Below are positions 16,877 to 26,967 of a stretch of 49,270 bases of DNA, piece by piece (positions within the stretch are counted from its first letter, which is position 1; the number at the start of each line of letters is the position of its first letter). The notes beneath the pieces were generated by a model that worked only from the letters and a program-made list of their open reading frames with translations, made no database searches and had not been told where the DNA came from. A program made the position numbers and the translations under genes. Source of the stretch: an uncultured Myxococcales bacterium (GTDB lineage: Bacteria; Myxococcota_A; Polyangia; Fen-1088); assembly GCA_964618005.1 (NCBI GenBank), contig CAZTZM010000071.1:1-49270 (forward strand), given 5' to 3'.

Positions 16877-18742
16877 ATGACAGGGAGTAGGAAGATATCC
16901 GCCGCGATGCTGAACTCGATTTCGGCGATCGAATCCCCTCGTCGGACGTCTGGCGAATGCGAGGATCTCGTCCGGGAGCTCGAGATCCAGAACAGAGCGC
17001 TGCGCAAGGCGCAGCTTGTGCTCGTCGAGGGGCGGCGCCGATATCTGGATCTTTACGAGGTCGCCCCTGTTGGCTACCTGACGCTCGATCGCAACGGTCG
17101 TATCCGGGAAGCCAACGCCACGGCGGCGGACATGCTCGGCTTCGGGCGGGAGCGACTGGTGGGGAAGCTGCTGGCTTCCCAGGTCGAGATCGGCGACCGG
17201 CGCCGGTTTCGGGAGCACCTGCGCAGCTGTCTCGGAGAGAGGACCCAGGTCAGCACCGAGCTGGCTTTCTCACCGAAGGCGGGGGTTCACCTGACGATCC
17301 AGACGGTGAGCACGCCACGCTGCGACGGTTCAGACGATGTGGTGGGCTGCCGCACCACGCTCACGGACGTCTCGCTCCTCAAACAGAGCCAAGAACGGCT
17401 CGCGCTAATTTCCGAGGTGAGCCGTCTTCTGAGCTCGCCGTTGGACGACGCTCCCCGGCTCACGGAGGTTCTCGAGATCATGGTGCGCAGCTTCGCTGAT
17501 GCCGCGATTCTGGACCTGCGAGACGATGCTGGCCGCCTTACACGAGTGGAGCAGGCCTTCAGGGGGAATGACGCCAGGCGGCTGTCCTGGCGATCGGAGT
17601 CGTTTGCGGCAGCCCAGCGCAAGGTGCTCGCCACGGGCGCGACGCTCTGCCTCGCCGACTGCTCCGAGAAAGAGACGTCCCGCTCGAGACCGCATGAGGG
17701 GGAGCCTATCGGTGGCGCTGGCGCCACTTCCTTGATCGTCGTGGCCCTCGTCTCTCGGAGCACGCGACCGGGCGTCCTCACCCTGGCGTCGATGCCAGGT
17801 GGCCGGCGGTTCACGAGCGCGGACGTGATCGTAGCCGAGGACCTGGCGTCCCGCATCGCGACCGCGATCGACAATGCTCGGCTCTATCGTCGGGCGCGGG
17901 ACGCGACGAGGGCCCGAGACGAGGTGCTGGGCTTCGCAGCCCATGACCTCAGGACCCCGTTGGCAGCGATCACGTATTTCGCGGCGAGTCTGTCCAACCC
18001 GGGACAGAGTGCTCGGCGCGCCGACGAACATAGGGTGCTCGAATCCGTGCGCCGATTGGCCTCGGACATGAACAGGATGATCGACGATCTCCTCGACGTT
18101 CACGGTTTGGACGCAGGAAGGCTCTCGATCGAGCGCGAGGCGAACGATCTTCGCCAGTTGCTGGCGGACGCGTTCGAGGCGCTGCAGCCTCTCGCCAGGG
18201 AGAAAGCCCTAGACCTGCAGGTGCGCCTGCCTCCCCAGTCCGAACAGGTCAGCTGCGACCGCGCTCGCGTGTTACGGGTCCTCTTCAACCTCGTCGGAAA
18301 TGCCGTGAAATTCACGCCTGCTGGCGGGACGATCACCCTCGCCGCAGGAAAGCGAGCAGCTGAAGTGGTGTTCACGGTCGAGGACACGGGACCCGGCGTC
18401 TCGGGCTCGGGGCTAATCCATCTGTTCGACAAGTACCGGCAGGCCGACGAGCACGCCCGCAAGGGACGTGGTCTCGGTCTCTACATCGCGAGACGAATCG
18501 TCGAAGCGCACGGGGGAGTGATCTGGTGCGCCAATCGGCCGAGAGGCGGCACCGCGGTCTCATTCAGTCTGCCGCAGGCACCACCTCTGGTCGGAGCGGC
18601 GCCACTGTCACCCCGGGCGCGCTCGCGCTCGAACTGGGCCAGCGGGCGCCACGAAAGAGCCGTCCAGCTGACCCGTGTGCGCGCGAGCGGCGCGACGACC
18701 GATCCGCCTGGGTCTCGATCCAAGACGTCGAATGGCCGGTAG
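16877..18742 (+). CDS. Cytoplasmic PAS-GAF sensor histidine kinase (orphan)
   Basis: AGGAGG at 16866-16871, 5 nt before ATG 16877. Coiled coil plus PAS (YLDLYEVAPVGYLTLDRNGRIREANATAADMLGF), a GAF-like middle region, H-box AHDLRTPLAAI, and ATPase boxes (NLVGNAVKFTP, DTGPGV, GRGLGLYIARRIV). No TM segment and no adjacent response regulator. Confidence 0.9.
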   Translation: MTGSRKISAAMLNSISAIESPRRTSGECEDLVRELEIQNRALRKAQLVLVEGRRRYLDLYEVAPVGYLTLDRNGRIREANATAADMLGFGRERLVGKLLASQVEIGDRRRFREHLRSCLGERTQVSTELAFSPKAGVHLTIQTVSTPRCDGSDDVVGCRTTLTDVSLLKQSQERLALISEVSRLLSSPLDDAPRLTEVLEIMVRSFADAAILDLRDDAGRLTRVEQAFRGNDARRLSWRSESFAAAQRKVLATGATLCLADCSEKETSRSRPHEGEPIGGAGATSLIVVALVSRSTRPGVLTLASMPGGRRFTSADVIVAEDLASRIATAIDNARLYRRARDATRARDEVLGFAAHDLRTPLAAITYFAASLSNPGQSARRADEHRVLESVRRLASDMNRMIDDLLDVHGLDAGRLSIEREANDLRQLLADAFEALQPLAREKALDLQVRLPPQSEQVSCDRARVLRVLFNLVGNAVKFTPAGGTITLAAGKRAAEVVFTVEDTGPGVSGSGLIHLFDKYRQADEHARKGRGLGLYIARRIVEAHGGVIWCANRPRGGTAVSFSLPQAPPLVGAAPLSPRARSRSNWASGRHERAVQLTRVRASGATTDPPGSRSKTSNGR

Positions 18743-18840
18743 GCGCGGTGCCCCCATCGCTCCGGCGCCTCAGCCCAAGGCGCGTGCGGGCCCGGCTCTT
18801 CGCGGCGGACGGCCGACGGCAGTCAGGGCGACCGACGCCG

Positions 18841-20058
18841 TTACGCCTGGCGCTGCCGCAACGAAGGGAGCCCACGATTTTGCAGATCGAGCCAGCGGAC
18901 GACGTCGCGCCGCCGGAACAGACCGACGAACCGTCCCTGGTCGAGGACCGGCAGCTGCTCGACATCGCGGCTGGCCAGCTTGTCGAACGCCGACGAGGCC
19001 TCCTCATCGGGCGCCGCCACGGCCAGGTGCTTCCGGTCGATCATGATGTCCCCGACCTTCTTTTCGCTCCACTCCGCACGGGGGATCCGCCGAACGTCGG
19101 CCGCGGTGACGATCCCTCGGAGCTCGCCTCCTTCCAGCACCGGAAAGGCGCGTTGCTCCGTGGCCATCAGGCGGTCGTCGACAAAGGTCGAGAGAGAAAG
19201 GTCGGGGGCTACCGCCACCACGAGATCGCGTTGCATGAGCCGCGAGACCGGGACCTGCTCCAGCAGATCGTGAACGACCACCTGGGTGTAGCTGGCGACG
19301 GCCGCCATGTTCAGGAACCAACCGATACAGGCTATCCAGAGCCCGGAGACGAGGCCGCGCCCAAGGAACGGGATCCGGATGCCCAAGATCATGCTGATCC
19401 CGGCCAGGACGAACAGCAGCGCGAACGCCCGCCCGACTGCGGCCGCCCAGCGGGTCGCCTTCCGGAGATCGCCCGTCGAGGCCCAGAGCGCGGCTCGCAA
19501 CACCCGGCCGCCGTCGAGCGGGAAGGCCGGAACCAGGTTGAAGAGGCCAATCACGATGTTGACCGGCCCCAGCCAGAGCAGCAACGTCGCCAGCGGGCCG
19601 ACGTGGGCGAAGGCGCCTAACGGGTCCTCCGCGCTCACCGCCGTCAGCCCCGGCGCGATGCGCGTCCCGAGCAACAGCGCGACGACGCCGATGAGGATGC
19701 TGGTGAGCGGACCCACGATGGTCATGAGGAACTCGCGCTGCGGCGAGTGGGGTTCCTGCTTGGTGCGGGCAACGCCCCCGAACATGAACAGCGTTATCCC
19801 GGCGATCTCGACTCCCTGGGCGCGGCCCACGAGCGCGTGCGCGAGTTCGTGCGCCAGAATGGAGAGCAGAAACAGCACGGCGGCCACCGCGCCCGTGCCC
19901 CAACGGAGGCCGGGCGACCATTCGGGGTGGTCGAAGGCAAACAACCCCATGCTCAGGTTCACGAGGATGAGCCAGAAGATCACGATGAGGCTCCAATCGA
20001 GTCGCACCTCGATCCCCGCGATTCGCCCCGCCTTCACACCACGCATCGGCAACGCCAT
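18841..20058 (-). CDS. Site-2 protease family (M50) metalloprotease with C-terminal CBS pair
   Basis: HELAHAL (HExxH) in a TM helix, polytopic core, FNLVPAFPLDGGRVL, then two CBS-like repeats (VSRLMQRDLVVAV... / VGDIMIDRKHLAV...QLPVLDQGRFVGL). Confidence 0.9.
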   Translation of the reverse strand: MALPMRGVKAGRIAGIEVRLDWSLIVIFWLILVNLSMGLFAFDHPEWSPGLRWGTGAVAAVLFLLSILAHELAHALVGRAQGVEIAGITLFMFGGVARTKQEPHSPQREFLMTIVGPLTSILIGVVALLLGTRIAPGLTAVSAEDPLGAFAHVGPLATLLLWLGPVNIVIGLFNLVPAFPLDGGRVLRAALWASTGDLRKATRWAAAVGRAFALLFVLAGISMILGIRIPFLGRGLVSGLWIACIGWFLNMAAVASYTQVVVHDLLEQVPVSRLMQRDLVVAVAPDLSLSTFVDDRLMATEQRAFPVLEGGELRGIVTAADVRRIPRAEWSEKKVGDIMIDRKHLAVAAPDEEASSAFDKLASRDVEQLPVLDQGRFVGLFRRRDVVRWLDLQNRGLPSLRQRQA

Positions 20059-20318
20059 GACAGAAAGCTAATCAGCGTCAGCGCCGCACCAACGGGGCGA
20101 CCCGTCATGCGCGGCGGGGCGCGTTCAGGACCTTTTGCGGATCGTGCTGTCGGCCGACGACAATCAGATCAGCGCGGCCGACCGAGCCCGCTTCGCCGAT
20201 CGCCCGTGCAGACGGTCCCCGGGCGCAAGCTCGCGAGGATGAGCGGGATCGGAAACGCATCCGCCAGCTCGAGGTGATCGAACACCGCAGCTCCTCCTTC
20301 GCGGCAACGGCTGCGTGC

Positions 20319-20642
20319 TCAGGCCTCGACCCTTCGATGTCGCAACGCCGAAAGCCGGGGCACCATCGCAAAGAGGACCAACCCAAACCCCACGATGATG
20401 TCCGTCCAGAAGGTGGCGACCCGCAGGCGTGGAACGAGAAGCGCCGAGACGATCAGCCACCCTCCCAGAGCCGCGTTAACCGAGCGGCCCCAGGTTCTCC
20501 CGGACGTTCCAGCCAACGCCGCCGTGACGGCCAACAGCCCAACCGTCCACGCGGTCACGCGCTGGGCCCTGGTGTGCGGCCAAAGGAAGGCCGAAAAGAA
20601 GAGCCACAGGCCCAAAACTGCGTTGATTGCACGTGCACCCAT
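20319..20642 (-). CDS. Small 4-TM membrane protein (SPW-repeat-like topology; family not confidently recognised)
   Basis: 107 aa with an internal two-fold repeat (INAVLGLWLFFSAFLWPH / VNAALGGWLIVSALLVPR). Codon usage is somewhat less G/C3-biased than the neighbours. GGTGGA lies 3 nt before the ATG. Confidence 0.55.
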   Translation of the reverse strand: MGARAINAVLGLWLFFSAFLWPHTRAQRVTAWTVGLLAVTAALAGTSGRTWGRSVNAALGGWLIVSALLVPRLRVATFWTDIIVGFGLVLFAMVPRLSALRHRRVEA

Positions 20643-20872
20643 GTTCCACCATTCGAAAATGGCGACGTTGATTTAAAGGTGCAAGCTGAGCGTCCTGGTC
20701 GGCCGACCTCCGTCCGATCCGGTTGCGGACCAGGTCGCTCGTCCTGATTCCAGCGCCCCGGAGATGGGCTGAAGCGCCCCGCGAGTTGCCTGAGCAGAGC
20801 GTCGTGTTCGCCCCGCATCGGCTTTCGGGCGGGATGGTCTACCTGAGCCCGCGCGAACAACCCGAGCGCCCA

Positions 20873-22714
20873 TCAGTCGCCGAAGAGCTCCATGCCCACC
20901 GCGAGCGCTTCGGCCATTGTGCCTTGGGTGATGATCCCGGCGACCAGCGCGGCGCCCTCGCTCCTTGGTCCTACCGATGGAGCGGTCACCACAGCGACCG
21001 TGGCATGCGCCGACGCCATGCGGCCCAGGAGATCGAACAGCGTCGCGCTCTGCGGGATGGTCACGAACTCGTGGCGAGCGAGCGCGGCGAGCTTGCGCGT
21101 CTTGCCGGCCTCCCCGGCTTGCTCCAGCAGCCACGCCCGCGGGACGACCCCGACGATCCGACCACCGGCGTCGAGAGCGACGACGTACTCTGGCGCCTTC
21201 GGGCTGTCCTGCAGATGCAGTTCCGCGAGCTGCGCCTCTGCCGGCATCACGAGGACCGAATCCAGCTTGAGGTCCGAGACGCGGCGAACGAGGTGCGCAT
21301 TGGCTTGCAAGGCTTGCGGCATGGTGTGGCCTCGACGCGTCAGCTTCATCGTGTAGATGCTCTCGGCGAAGAGCGCACGCCGCAGGCCGTAGCTGACGGC
21401 GGCCGTGATGGTCAGCGGCAAGATCACCCCGTAGTCGAGCGCCATCTCGAAGATCATGATGATGGCCGTGAGCGCCGCGCCGGTCGCGCCCGCGACCAAT
21501 CCGGCCATTCCCGCCAAGGCGAAGGACGCGGGGTTGAGGTGGAGACCGGGCAGCACCGCTCGGAGCAGCGAGCCGAATGCGGCACCCAGCGTCGCGCCCA
21601 TGAACAAGGATGGGGAAAAGACGCCCCCTGACGCGCCCGAACCCAGCGTCAGCGAGGTCGCGAGCAGCTTCAGCGCCAGCAGCGTCAAGAGCAGGGTCCA
21701 GCTCGCCAGCCTTCCCGACAGCACGTCGAGAATGGTCGCGTACCCGACGCCTTCGACGTAGTAGTGCCCGGCCAGCCGCATCAGCAGCGCGATCATGATC
21801 CCGACGCAGAGCATCCCGGTGACGTGCCGCAGGTAGGGGCGGCCCGGGAAAAGGCGATCGAAGAGGTCCTCCGCGCCGTAAAGGGACCGGATGAAAACCA
21901 CGGAGATCAAGGCCATCAGACATCCGAGCCCCACGTAGGCCGGCAGCAAGGCCAGCCCCGACGCGCCCGGCGTCGCGGCGGCCGGGACCTCGAAGGCCGG
22001 ATGGCTTCCGAGCAGGTAACGGCCCACGTAGGTCGCCGTCGCGGTCGCGAGCGCCACCGGCACCAGCGTGCGCACGCTGACCTCGAGCATGAGGATCTCG
22101 ACCGCGAAGAGGACGCCCCCGATCGGCGTGTTGAAGGTCGCCGCGATCCCCGCTCCACCGCCCGCGGCGACCAGGGTGGCGAGCTGCCACCGCGACGCGC
22201 CCGTCAATCTTCCGACGGCAGAGGCGACGGCCGCGCCGATCTGGATGATCGGACCTTCGCGTCCGACAGAGCCACCGCTGCCGATTGAGAGCGCGGAGGC
22301 CAGCGACTTCACCACCGCCACCACGGGGCGAATGACGCCCTTCGCGTAATACACGGCGTCCATCACCTCGGGGACGCCGTGGCCCCGCGCTTCCGGGGCG
22401 ACGTTCTTGGTCAGGAAGACCACCACCACCGCCCCGATCACGGGAGCGAGCGCCACCCACGATCCCCAGGGCCCGGGTGGCGTGTGGTGGTTGCTGTCGT
22501 AGAACCACGACAGGCGGCCCGAGAAGAAGAGGTTGTGAAAGAGGCCGATGAGCGCCCGAAAGGCGAACGCTCCGACGCCGGCGATCACGCCCAACCCCAC
22601 GGAGAGAATCGACAGGGCGAGCGTCCCGAGAGGCCGCCGGCCGGGCTCCACCACACGGCCCTGAAGGCCGGCCCGGGGGGGCGGCATACTCGAGCTGCTC
22701 GTCGCGTCAGCCAT
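20873..22714 (-). CDS. ClC-family chloride channel/transporter with C-terminal CBS pair
   Basis: GHGVPEVM, GREGPIIQIGAAV and GGVFSPSLFMG selectivity-filter motifs, with C-terminal CBS repeats. Start MADATSS at 22714; the track ORF extends 82 codons upstream without support. Confidence 0.9.
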   Translation of the reverse strand: MADATSSSSMPPPRAGLQGRVVEPGRRPLGTLALSILSVGLGVIAGVGAFAFRALIGLFHNLFFSGRLSWFYDSNHHTPPGPWGSWVALAPVIGAVVVVFLTKNVAPEARGHGVPEVMDAVYYAKGVIRPVVAVVKSLASALSIGSGGSVGREGPIIQIGAAVASAVGRLTGASRWQLATLVAAGGGAGIAATFNTPIGGVLFAVEILMLEVSVRTLVPVALATATATYVGRYLLGSHPAFEVPAAATPGASGLALLPAYVGLGCLMALISVVFIRSLYGAEDLFDRLFPGRPYLRHVTGMLCVGIMIALLMRLAGHYYVEGVGYATILDVLSGRLASWTLLLTLLALKLLATSLTLGSGASGGVFSPSLFMGATLGAAFGSLLRAVLPGLHLNPASFALAGMAGLVAGATGAALTAIIMIFEMALDYGVILPLTITAAVSYGLRRALFAESIYTMKLTRRGHTMPQALQANAHLVRRVSDLKLDSVLVMPAEAQLAELHLQDSPKAPEYVVALDAGGRIVGVVPRAWLLEQAGEAGKTRKLAALARHEFVTIPQSATLFDLLGRMASAHATVAVVTAPSVGPRSEGAALVAGIITQGTMAEALAVGMELFGD

Positions 22715-22995
22715 CTCGACCGCAGCAATATGGTCACGACCCCGGCCGGCGGGCACCTCTCCTAGACCTTCGTGCGAGTCTTGACGGATCCAAAAGCCGG
22801 GCCTTCGCTCGTCAGGGGACGGACAGACCATCCGTTGATCTCGGCAGCTGGCCGCCACGGCTGGGTCTGTCGAGACGCTTCCCCCGTGTGTTGGGAAGCC
22901 AGTCCTGACCGGCAGGCCCCAATCCGCTCGCATCGGCGGCGGGAGTGGGATCGCTTCCATCCGTGATCACGTTTAAACGTAGTTGGGCGGGATTC

Positions 22996-23565
22996 ATGAG
23001 GTGGATGGCAACGGTCGCGCTTGTGGTGGGGCTGGGCCTTGTCGCTCGCTCCGGCCCAATCGCAGCAGCCGATGGTCCGGCCAATGGTTCGATCTTGGCC
23101 TCGTCCCCCGGCCACGAGCTCCTCTTGACCGTGGGAGACGACGTTCGGACAGCCCACGTCACACGAGAGGGCCTGTCCAGCAACGGCGTCACGCTCACTC
23201 GCTTTCCGGGGCGCCTCGCCGGCCACGTCGGGGTCGAGTCGGTCGACCTGCGAATCGAGCCGGGACGGCTGGAAGGACAGATCGGAGATCGCGGCATAGG
23301 GCTCGATGTCGTGCGGGCGGGCGACGCCTTGCAGGTCATGGGGACTTTCGGTGCGCGATCGGTGGCCATGGAGGTGCGCCACAACGGTATCCACGCGCAG
23401 ATCGGGCCGTGCTGGTACAGCCTCTCCCTCATGTCCGGCAGTTATCGAGGATCGGTCGCCTGTGGCGCCCGACCCCAAGTCCTCGCCTTGAGCGTCCCTG
23501 TTGCCTTCGTCGCTCAGGACGACGTGGAGCTCGCCGCCATGCTGACGGCGTTGCTGGCCCGTTGA
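22996..23565 (+). CDS. Secreted hypothetical protein
   Basis: MRWMATVALVVGLGLVARSGPIAAADG signal peptide. High G/C3 coding bias throughout. I recognise no family. Confidence 0.5.
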   Translation: MRWMATVALVVGLGLVARSGPIAAADGPANGSILASSPGHELLLTVGDDVRTAHVTREGLSSNGVTLTRFPGRLAGHVGVESVDLRIEPGRLEGQIGDRGIGLDVVRAGDALQVMGTFGARSVAMEVRHNGIHAQIGPCWYSLSLMSGSYRGSVACGARPQVLALSVPVAFVAQDDVELAAMLTALLAR

Positions 23566-23596
23566 TCGGGACCGACCTAACCTCTGCGGGCGGGGG

Positions 23597-24775
23597 CTAC
23601 CACGACTCGTAGCGGGCCGCTTCGGGGAAGCGACGGTCGAAGATCGGCGCCAGCAGGCGGCCGTGCTGGGCCTGGAGCGCCAGGGCCATCGAGAGGCCAC
23701 CCACGGCCAGGACCGCCACCGGATCCCACCAGTCGAAGACCGAGGGGAGGTTGCGCTCCGGAGCGATCAGCCAGTGCACCTCGAGGTACTGCGCCGCCAG
23801 TAGCCAGGCTGCCATGAACGCCAGCAACCTCCGGCTGCGTCTCACGACGTAGGTGATGAGCATGAGGAACGGGAACCCGAAGTGCCCGAAGATGATGAAC
23901 AGGCTCATGGCCCGGAATGGTTCGACCGAACGCTGGACGAACCAGCGGGCTTCGGCCGGCTTGTTGGCGATCCAGGTGATGAAATAGTTGAAGTAGGCGG
24001 TGTAGGCCCAGAGGACCAGAAAGGTGAAGAGCACGCGGCCGAGCGCGTGGTAGTGGGACACGGTGACGGAGAGCTGGTTTCGACGCCCGCTCAGGACGGC
24101 GAGCAACGTCAGCAGCGCGACCCCCCCCAGGAGCGACAGCGCCATGAAGTAGAAGCCGAAGATGTACGACACCCACTCGGGGGCCAGGGACATGATCCAA
24201 TCGGTGGCGGCGGCCGTGAGGGTGATGCCCATGATCGGCCCCATCGCCGCCGAGAGGGCCCGCAGCCGCGGGCGATGGTCGCGATGCGGCTCCGGATCCG
24301 TTGCCAGCGACCAGCGGCGCAGCAGAATCGCGAACAGCGACCAGATGAGCAGATAAAAGACGGTCCTCACCACGAAGAACGGGGGATTGAGGTAGGGCGC
24401 CTTGTGCTCGAGCACCTTGCGCATGGCGGGATCGCGGAACGTCCCGATGTGGGTCCAAGGGTAGATCTGGTCGATGCCGAGCAGGACCGGAACGAAGAGC
24501 ACCGCAAGCAGGGGCATGATCGGCATCGCCGCCTCGGCCAGCCGCCGGACCACCGTCGGCCACCCGGCGTTCATCGCGTGCGTGATGACCAGGACCCCCA
24601 TGAGGCCCAGGACCACCGTCATCACGTAGATGACGGCGATCAGCCAGGAGAAGAGCGCTCGCGCAGGCGTCACGGCGAAGCCCACGATGTTGATGGCCAG
24701 CGCGGCGAGCCCCAGACCGAGCGCGATCCGCATCGCGGTTCGGCCCCCCTCGTACCGTGGCAGCGTTGGCGTCAT
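23597..24775 (-). CDS. actF: Alternative Complex III subunit ActF-like (second NrfD-related polytopic membrane subunit)
   Basis: 392 aa, polytopic. [21 protein letters not shown] matches my recollection of the quinol:cytochrome c oxidoreductase quinone-binding subunit 2 family. ATGA overlap with actC at 24772-24775. Confidence 0.8.
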   Translation of the reverse strand: MTPTLPRYEGGRTAMRIALGLGLAALAINIVGFAVTPARALFSWLIAVIYVMTVVLGLMGVLVITHAMNAGWPTVVRRLAEAAMPIMPLLAVLFVPVLLGIDQIYPWTHIGTFRDPAMRKVLEHKAPYLNPPFFVVRTVFYLLIWSLFAILLRRWSLATDPEPHRDHRPRLRALSAAMGPIMGITLTAAATDWIMSLAPEWVSYIFGFYFMALSLLGGVALLTLLAVLSGRRNQLSVTVSHYHALGRVLFTFLVLWAYTAYFNYFITWIANKPAEARWFVQRSVEPFRAMSLFIIFGHFGFPFLMLITYVVRRSRRLLAFMAAWLLAAQYLEVHWLIAPERNLPSVFDWWDPVAVLAVGGLSMALALQAQHGRLLAPIFDRRFPEAARYESW

Positions 24776-26133
24776 GCGGCCTCCTCGGCGTCGCGATCCT
24801 TCTTGAGCTCGTGCGCCAGCTCCATCACGTCGGCGGCGGGGATGAAGGGCACGAACCTGATGAACAGGAGAAACAGCAGGCTGAAGAAGCCGATGGTGCC
24901 GACCAAGATGCTCCAGTCGACCCAGGTTGGCGCGTACCAGTACCAGTCGGAGGGGAGATAGTCGCGCTGCAAGGAGTCGGCGATGATCATGAAGCGCTCC
25001 GACCACATCCCGATGAGCACGAACACGGACAGCACCCACGACAGGAGGTCGTTGCTGCGGATGCGGCGGAACCAGAAGAACTGGGGAACCACCATGTTGC
25101 AGAACAGCGCGGTCCAGACCACGGGCGCGCCCGGTCCGAACAGGTACTGGTGCCAGAACATGTACTGCTCGGAGTAGTCGCCGCCGTACCAGGCATAGAA
25201 CCACTCGGCCATGTACGAGTAGGTCACGATCCAGCCCGTCACCAGCATCATCTTCCCCATGACGTCGATGTGTCGGGTCGTCACGACGTTCTGCATCCCG
25301 AACACGCGCCGGATGGGAACGAGGAGGATCATGACCATGGCGAAGCCCGAGTAGATGGCGCCGCCGACGAAGTAGGGCGGGAAGATCGTCTCGTGCCACC
25401 CGGGAACCAAGGTGATCGCGTAGTCGGTCGAGACCACGCTGTGGACCGACACGACGAGCGGGGTGGCGAGCCCGCCCAGCAGACCGTAGGCGACCCGGTA
25501 GTGACGCCAGTGCTGGACCGAGCCACGCCACCCCAGCGCGAAGACACCGTAGATCCGCCGGCGGAGCAGCCCGGGCGCCCGATCGCGCATCGCCGCGAGG
25601 TCGGGCACGAGGCCGAGGTACCAGAACAGCAGCGAGACCAGGCCGTAGGTGAAGACCGCGGCCGCATCCCAGGGCAGCGCGCTCTTGAAGTTCGGCCAGA
25701 CGTGCATGACGGCCGGATACGGGACCAGCCAGTAAGCGAACCAGGGGCGCCCGAGGTGCAGGAGCGGGAACAGCCCGGCCTGGGCGACCGCGAACAACGT
25801 CATCGCCTCGGCCACGCGGTTGATCGAGGTGCGCCAGCGCTGCTCGAGCAGCAGCAAGATGGCGGAGATGAACGTGCCGGCGTGGCCGATCCCGATCCAC
25901 CAGACGAAGTTGATGATGGGGAAGGCCCAGGCGACGGGGATGTTGTTCCCCCACACACCGGTCCCGCGCCAGATGCTGTAGGTGATCGCCACCAGCGCCA
26001 GCAGCGTCCCCATCCCGCTCAGCGCCAGGCCGAACAGGAACGCTCGCCCGCGGGGCGTCCAGATCGGCTGCAGCAGCTCCAGTTGCAGCTTGGTCGGGGA
26101 GAGATCGCCCGTGATCACCGCGGTGTCAGCCAT
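24772..26133 (-). CDS. actC: Alternative Complex III subunit ActC (NrfD-family quinol-interacting membrane subunit)
   Basis: 453 aa, about 10 TM, NrfD-like ([36 protein letters not shown]...). It is the only NrfD-type gene pair available for the actAB/DE genes located 7 kb upstream. Confidence 0.85.
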   Translation of the reverse strand: MADTAVITGDLSPTKLQLELLQPIWTPRGRAFLFGLALSGMGTLLALVAITYSIWRGTGVWGNNIPVAWAFPIINFVWWIGIGHAGTFISAILLLLEQRWRTSINRVAEAMTLFAVAQAGLFPLLHLGRPWFAYWLVPYPAVMHVWPNFKSALPWDAAAVFTYGLVSLLFWYLGLVPDLAAMRDRAPGLLRRRIYGVFALGWRGSVQHWRHYRVAYGLLGGLATPLVVSVHSVVSTDYAITLVPGWHETIFPPYFVGGAIYSGFAMVMILLVPIRRVFGMQNVVTTRHIDVMGKMMLVTGWIVTYSYMAEWFYAWYGGDYSEQYMFWHQYLFGPGAPVVWTALFCNMVVPQFFWFRRIRSNDLLSWVLSVFVLIGMWSERFMIIADSLQRDYLPSDWYWYAPTWVDWSILVGTIGFFSLLFLLFIRFVPFIPAADVMELAHELKKDRDAEEAA

Positions 26134-26196
26134 GGCGCGAAAACCTCAGTCCCTCATCACGAAGCGCAATCAGGACCATTGCGGGGTTGCGTCGCC

Positions 26197-26547
26197 TCAG
26201 AGCTCATTGGGCGTTCGGATCTCGTCGATCTGGCCCTGGAACACGACCGTCACCGTCGCGGCCGCGCAGAGGCAGGCGAAGGTGAAGATCCACCAGGCGA
26301 ACCACGGCGTCCCGTTCTCCAGGAGCGCCAGCAGCCACAGCGCCAGCAGCACCAGGGCCAGCGCGAACAAGCACGTCCCGGCCAGGGGCGCGGAGCTCCG
26401 CGCAGGGACCAGCCCGACCACCCCGAAAACGCCCAGCGCCGCCGCGCCTTCGAGCCATACCATCCACGACGTCGCGTCCTCGGTCCGCGCGACGACCCAG
26501 AGCACCGCCAGGCCGAGGCCCAGCGAGGCCACGATCGGCCGGGTCAT
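26197..26547 (-). CDS. Hypothetical 4-TM membrane protein embedded in the act-cox operon
   Basis: 116 aa with strong G/C3 bias. Hydrophobic segments IVASLGLGLAVLWVV, AAALGVFGVVGLV, CLFALALVLLALWLLALL, WWIFTFACLCAAATVTVV. Co-directional, separated by 79-nt and 63-nt gaps from coxD and actC. Confidence 0.6.
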   Translation of the reverse strand: MTRPIVASLGLGLAVLWVVARTEDATSWMVWLEGAAALGVFGVVGLVPARSSAPLAGTCLFALALVLLALWLLALLENGTPWFAWWIFTFACLCAAATVTVVFQGQIDEIRTPNEL

Positions 26548-26626
26548 GACCCGGCCCCCGCGCTCGTCGCTGTTGTCATCATTCGCATGTTGGGTCCTCG
26601 ATTCCGTTGCGATGTCGCCGCTCCGA

Positions 26627-26962
26627 TCAGCGTTGGTAGAAACCGAAGCTGGGGCCGGGGCTGGCCGCCATGGGCTGAACCTCGCGCGTGGCGACGTCGG
26701 CCACGGTCAGCAGCAAGAGCGTGAGCAGCAGCGACACGCCCACGCCGAGGCCGAAGCGGATCGGGAAGCCGGCCTCGGCGAGGTGCATGAACACCCACAG
26801 CACGATGCTGGACTGCAGCACCGCGATCGTCAGACTGACAACCAAGTCCCAGCGTGGCCGGTGGACGGCCCGAGCGAATGCCAGCGAGACCACCGCCAGC
26901 ACCAGCAGCGCCACGTAAGCCAGCAAGTAGGGAATGACCGAAGCGCGTTTGCTGGTGGACAT
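26627..26962 (-). CDS. Cytochrome c oxidase subunit IV (small prokaryotic CoxD/CtaF-like)
   Basis: 111 aa, 3 TM (MSTSKRASVIPYLLAYVALLVLAVVSL...SSIVLWVFMHL...). ATG at 26962 lies 5 nt after the coxC stop. The upstream part of track ORF 26627..27526 is out-of-frame overlap with coxC. Confidence 0.75.
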   Translation of the reverse strand: MSTSKRASVIPYLLAYVALLVLAVVSLAFARAVHRPRWDLVVSLTIAVLQSSIVLWVFMHLAEAGFPIRFGLGVGVSLLLTLLLLTVADVATREVQPMAASPGPSFGFYQR

Positions 26963-26967
26963 GACGA

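Noticed and set aside
16280-17218. 312-aa minus-strand ORF covering the spacer and the start of the PAS-GAF kinase
   Set aside because: It is antisense to the kinase N-terminus, with no motifs and no codon bias in the spacer part.
22715-22800. Fluoride riboswitch upstream of the ClC gene
   Set aside because: The leader shows none of the conserved crcB-motif elements I can recall. The channel also has the CBS-containing canonical ClC architecture rather than the short ClC-F type.
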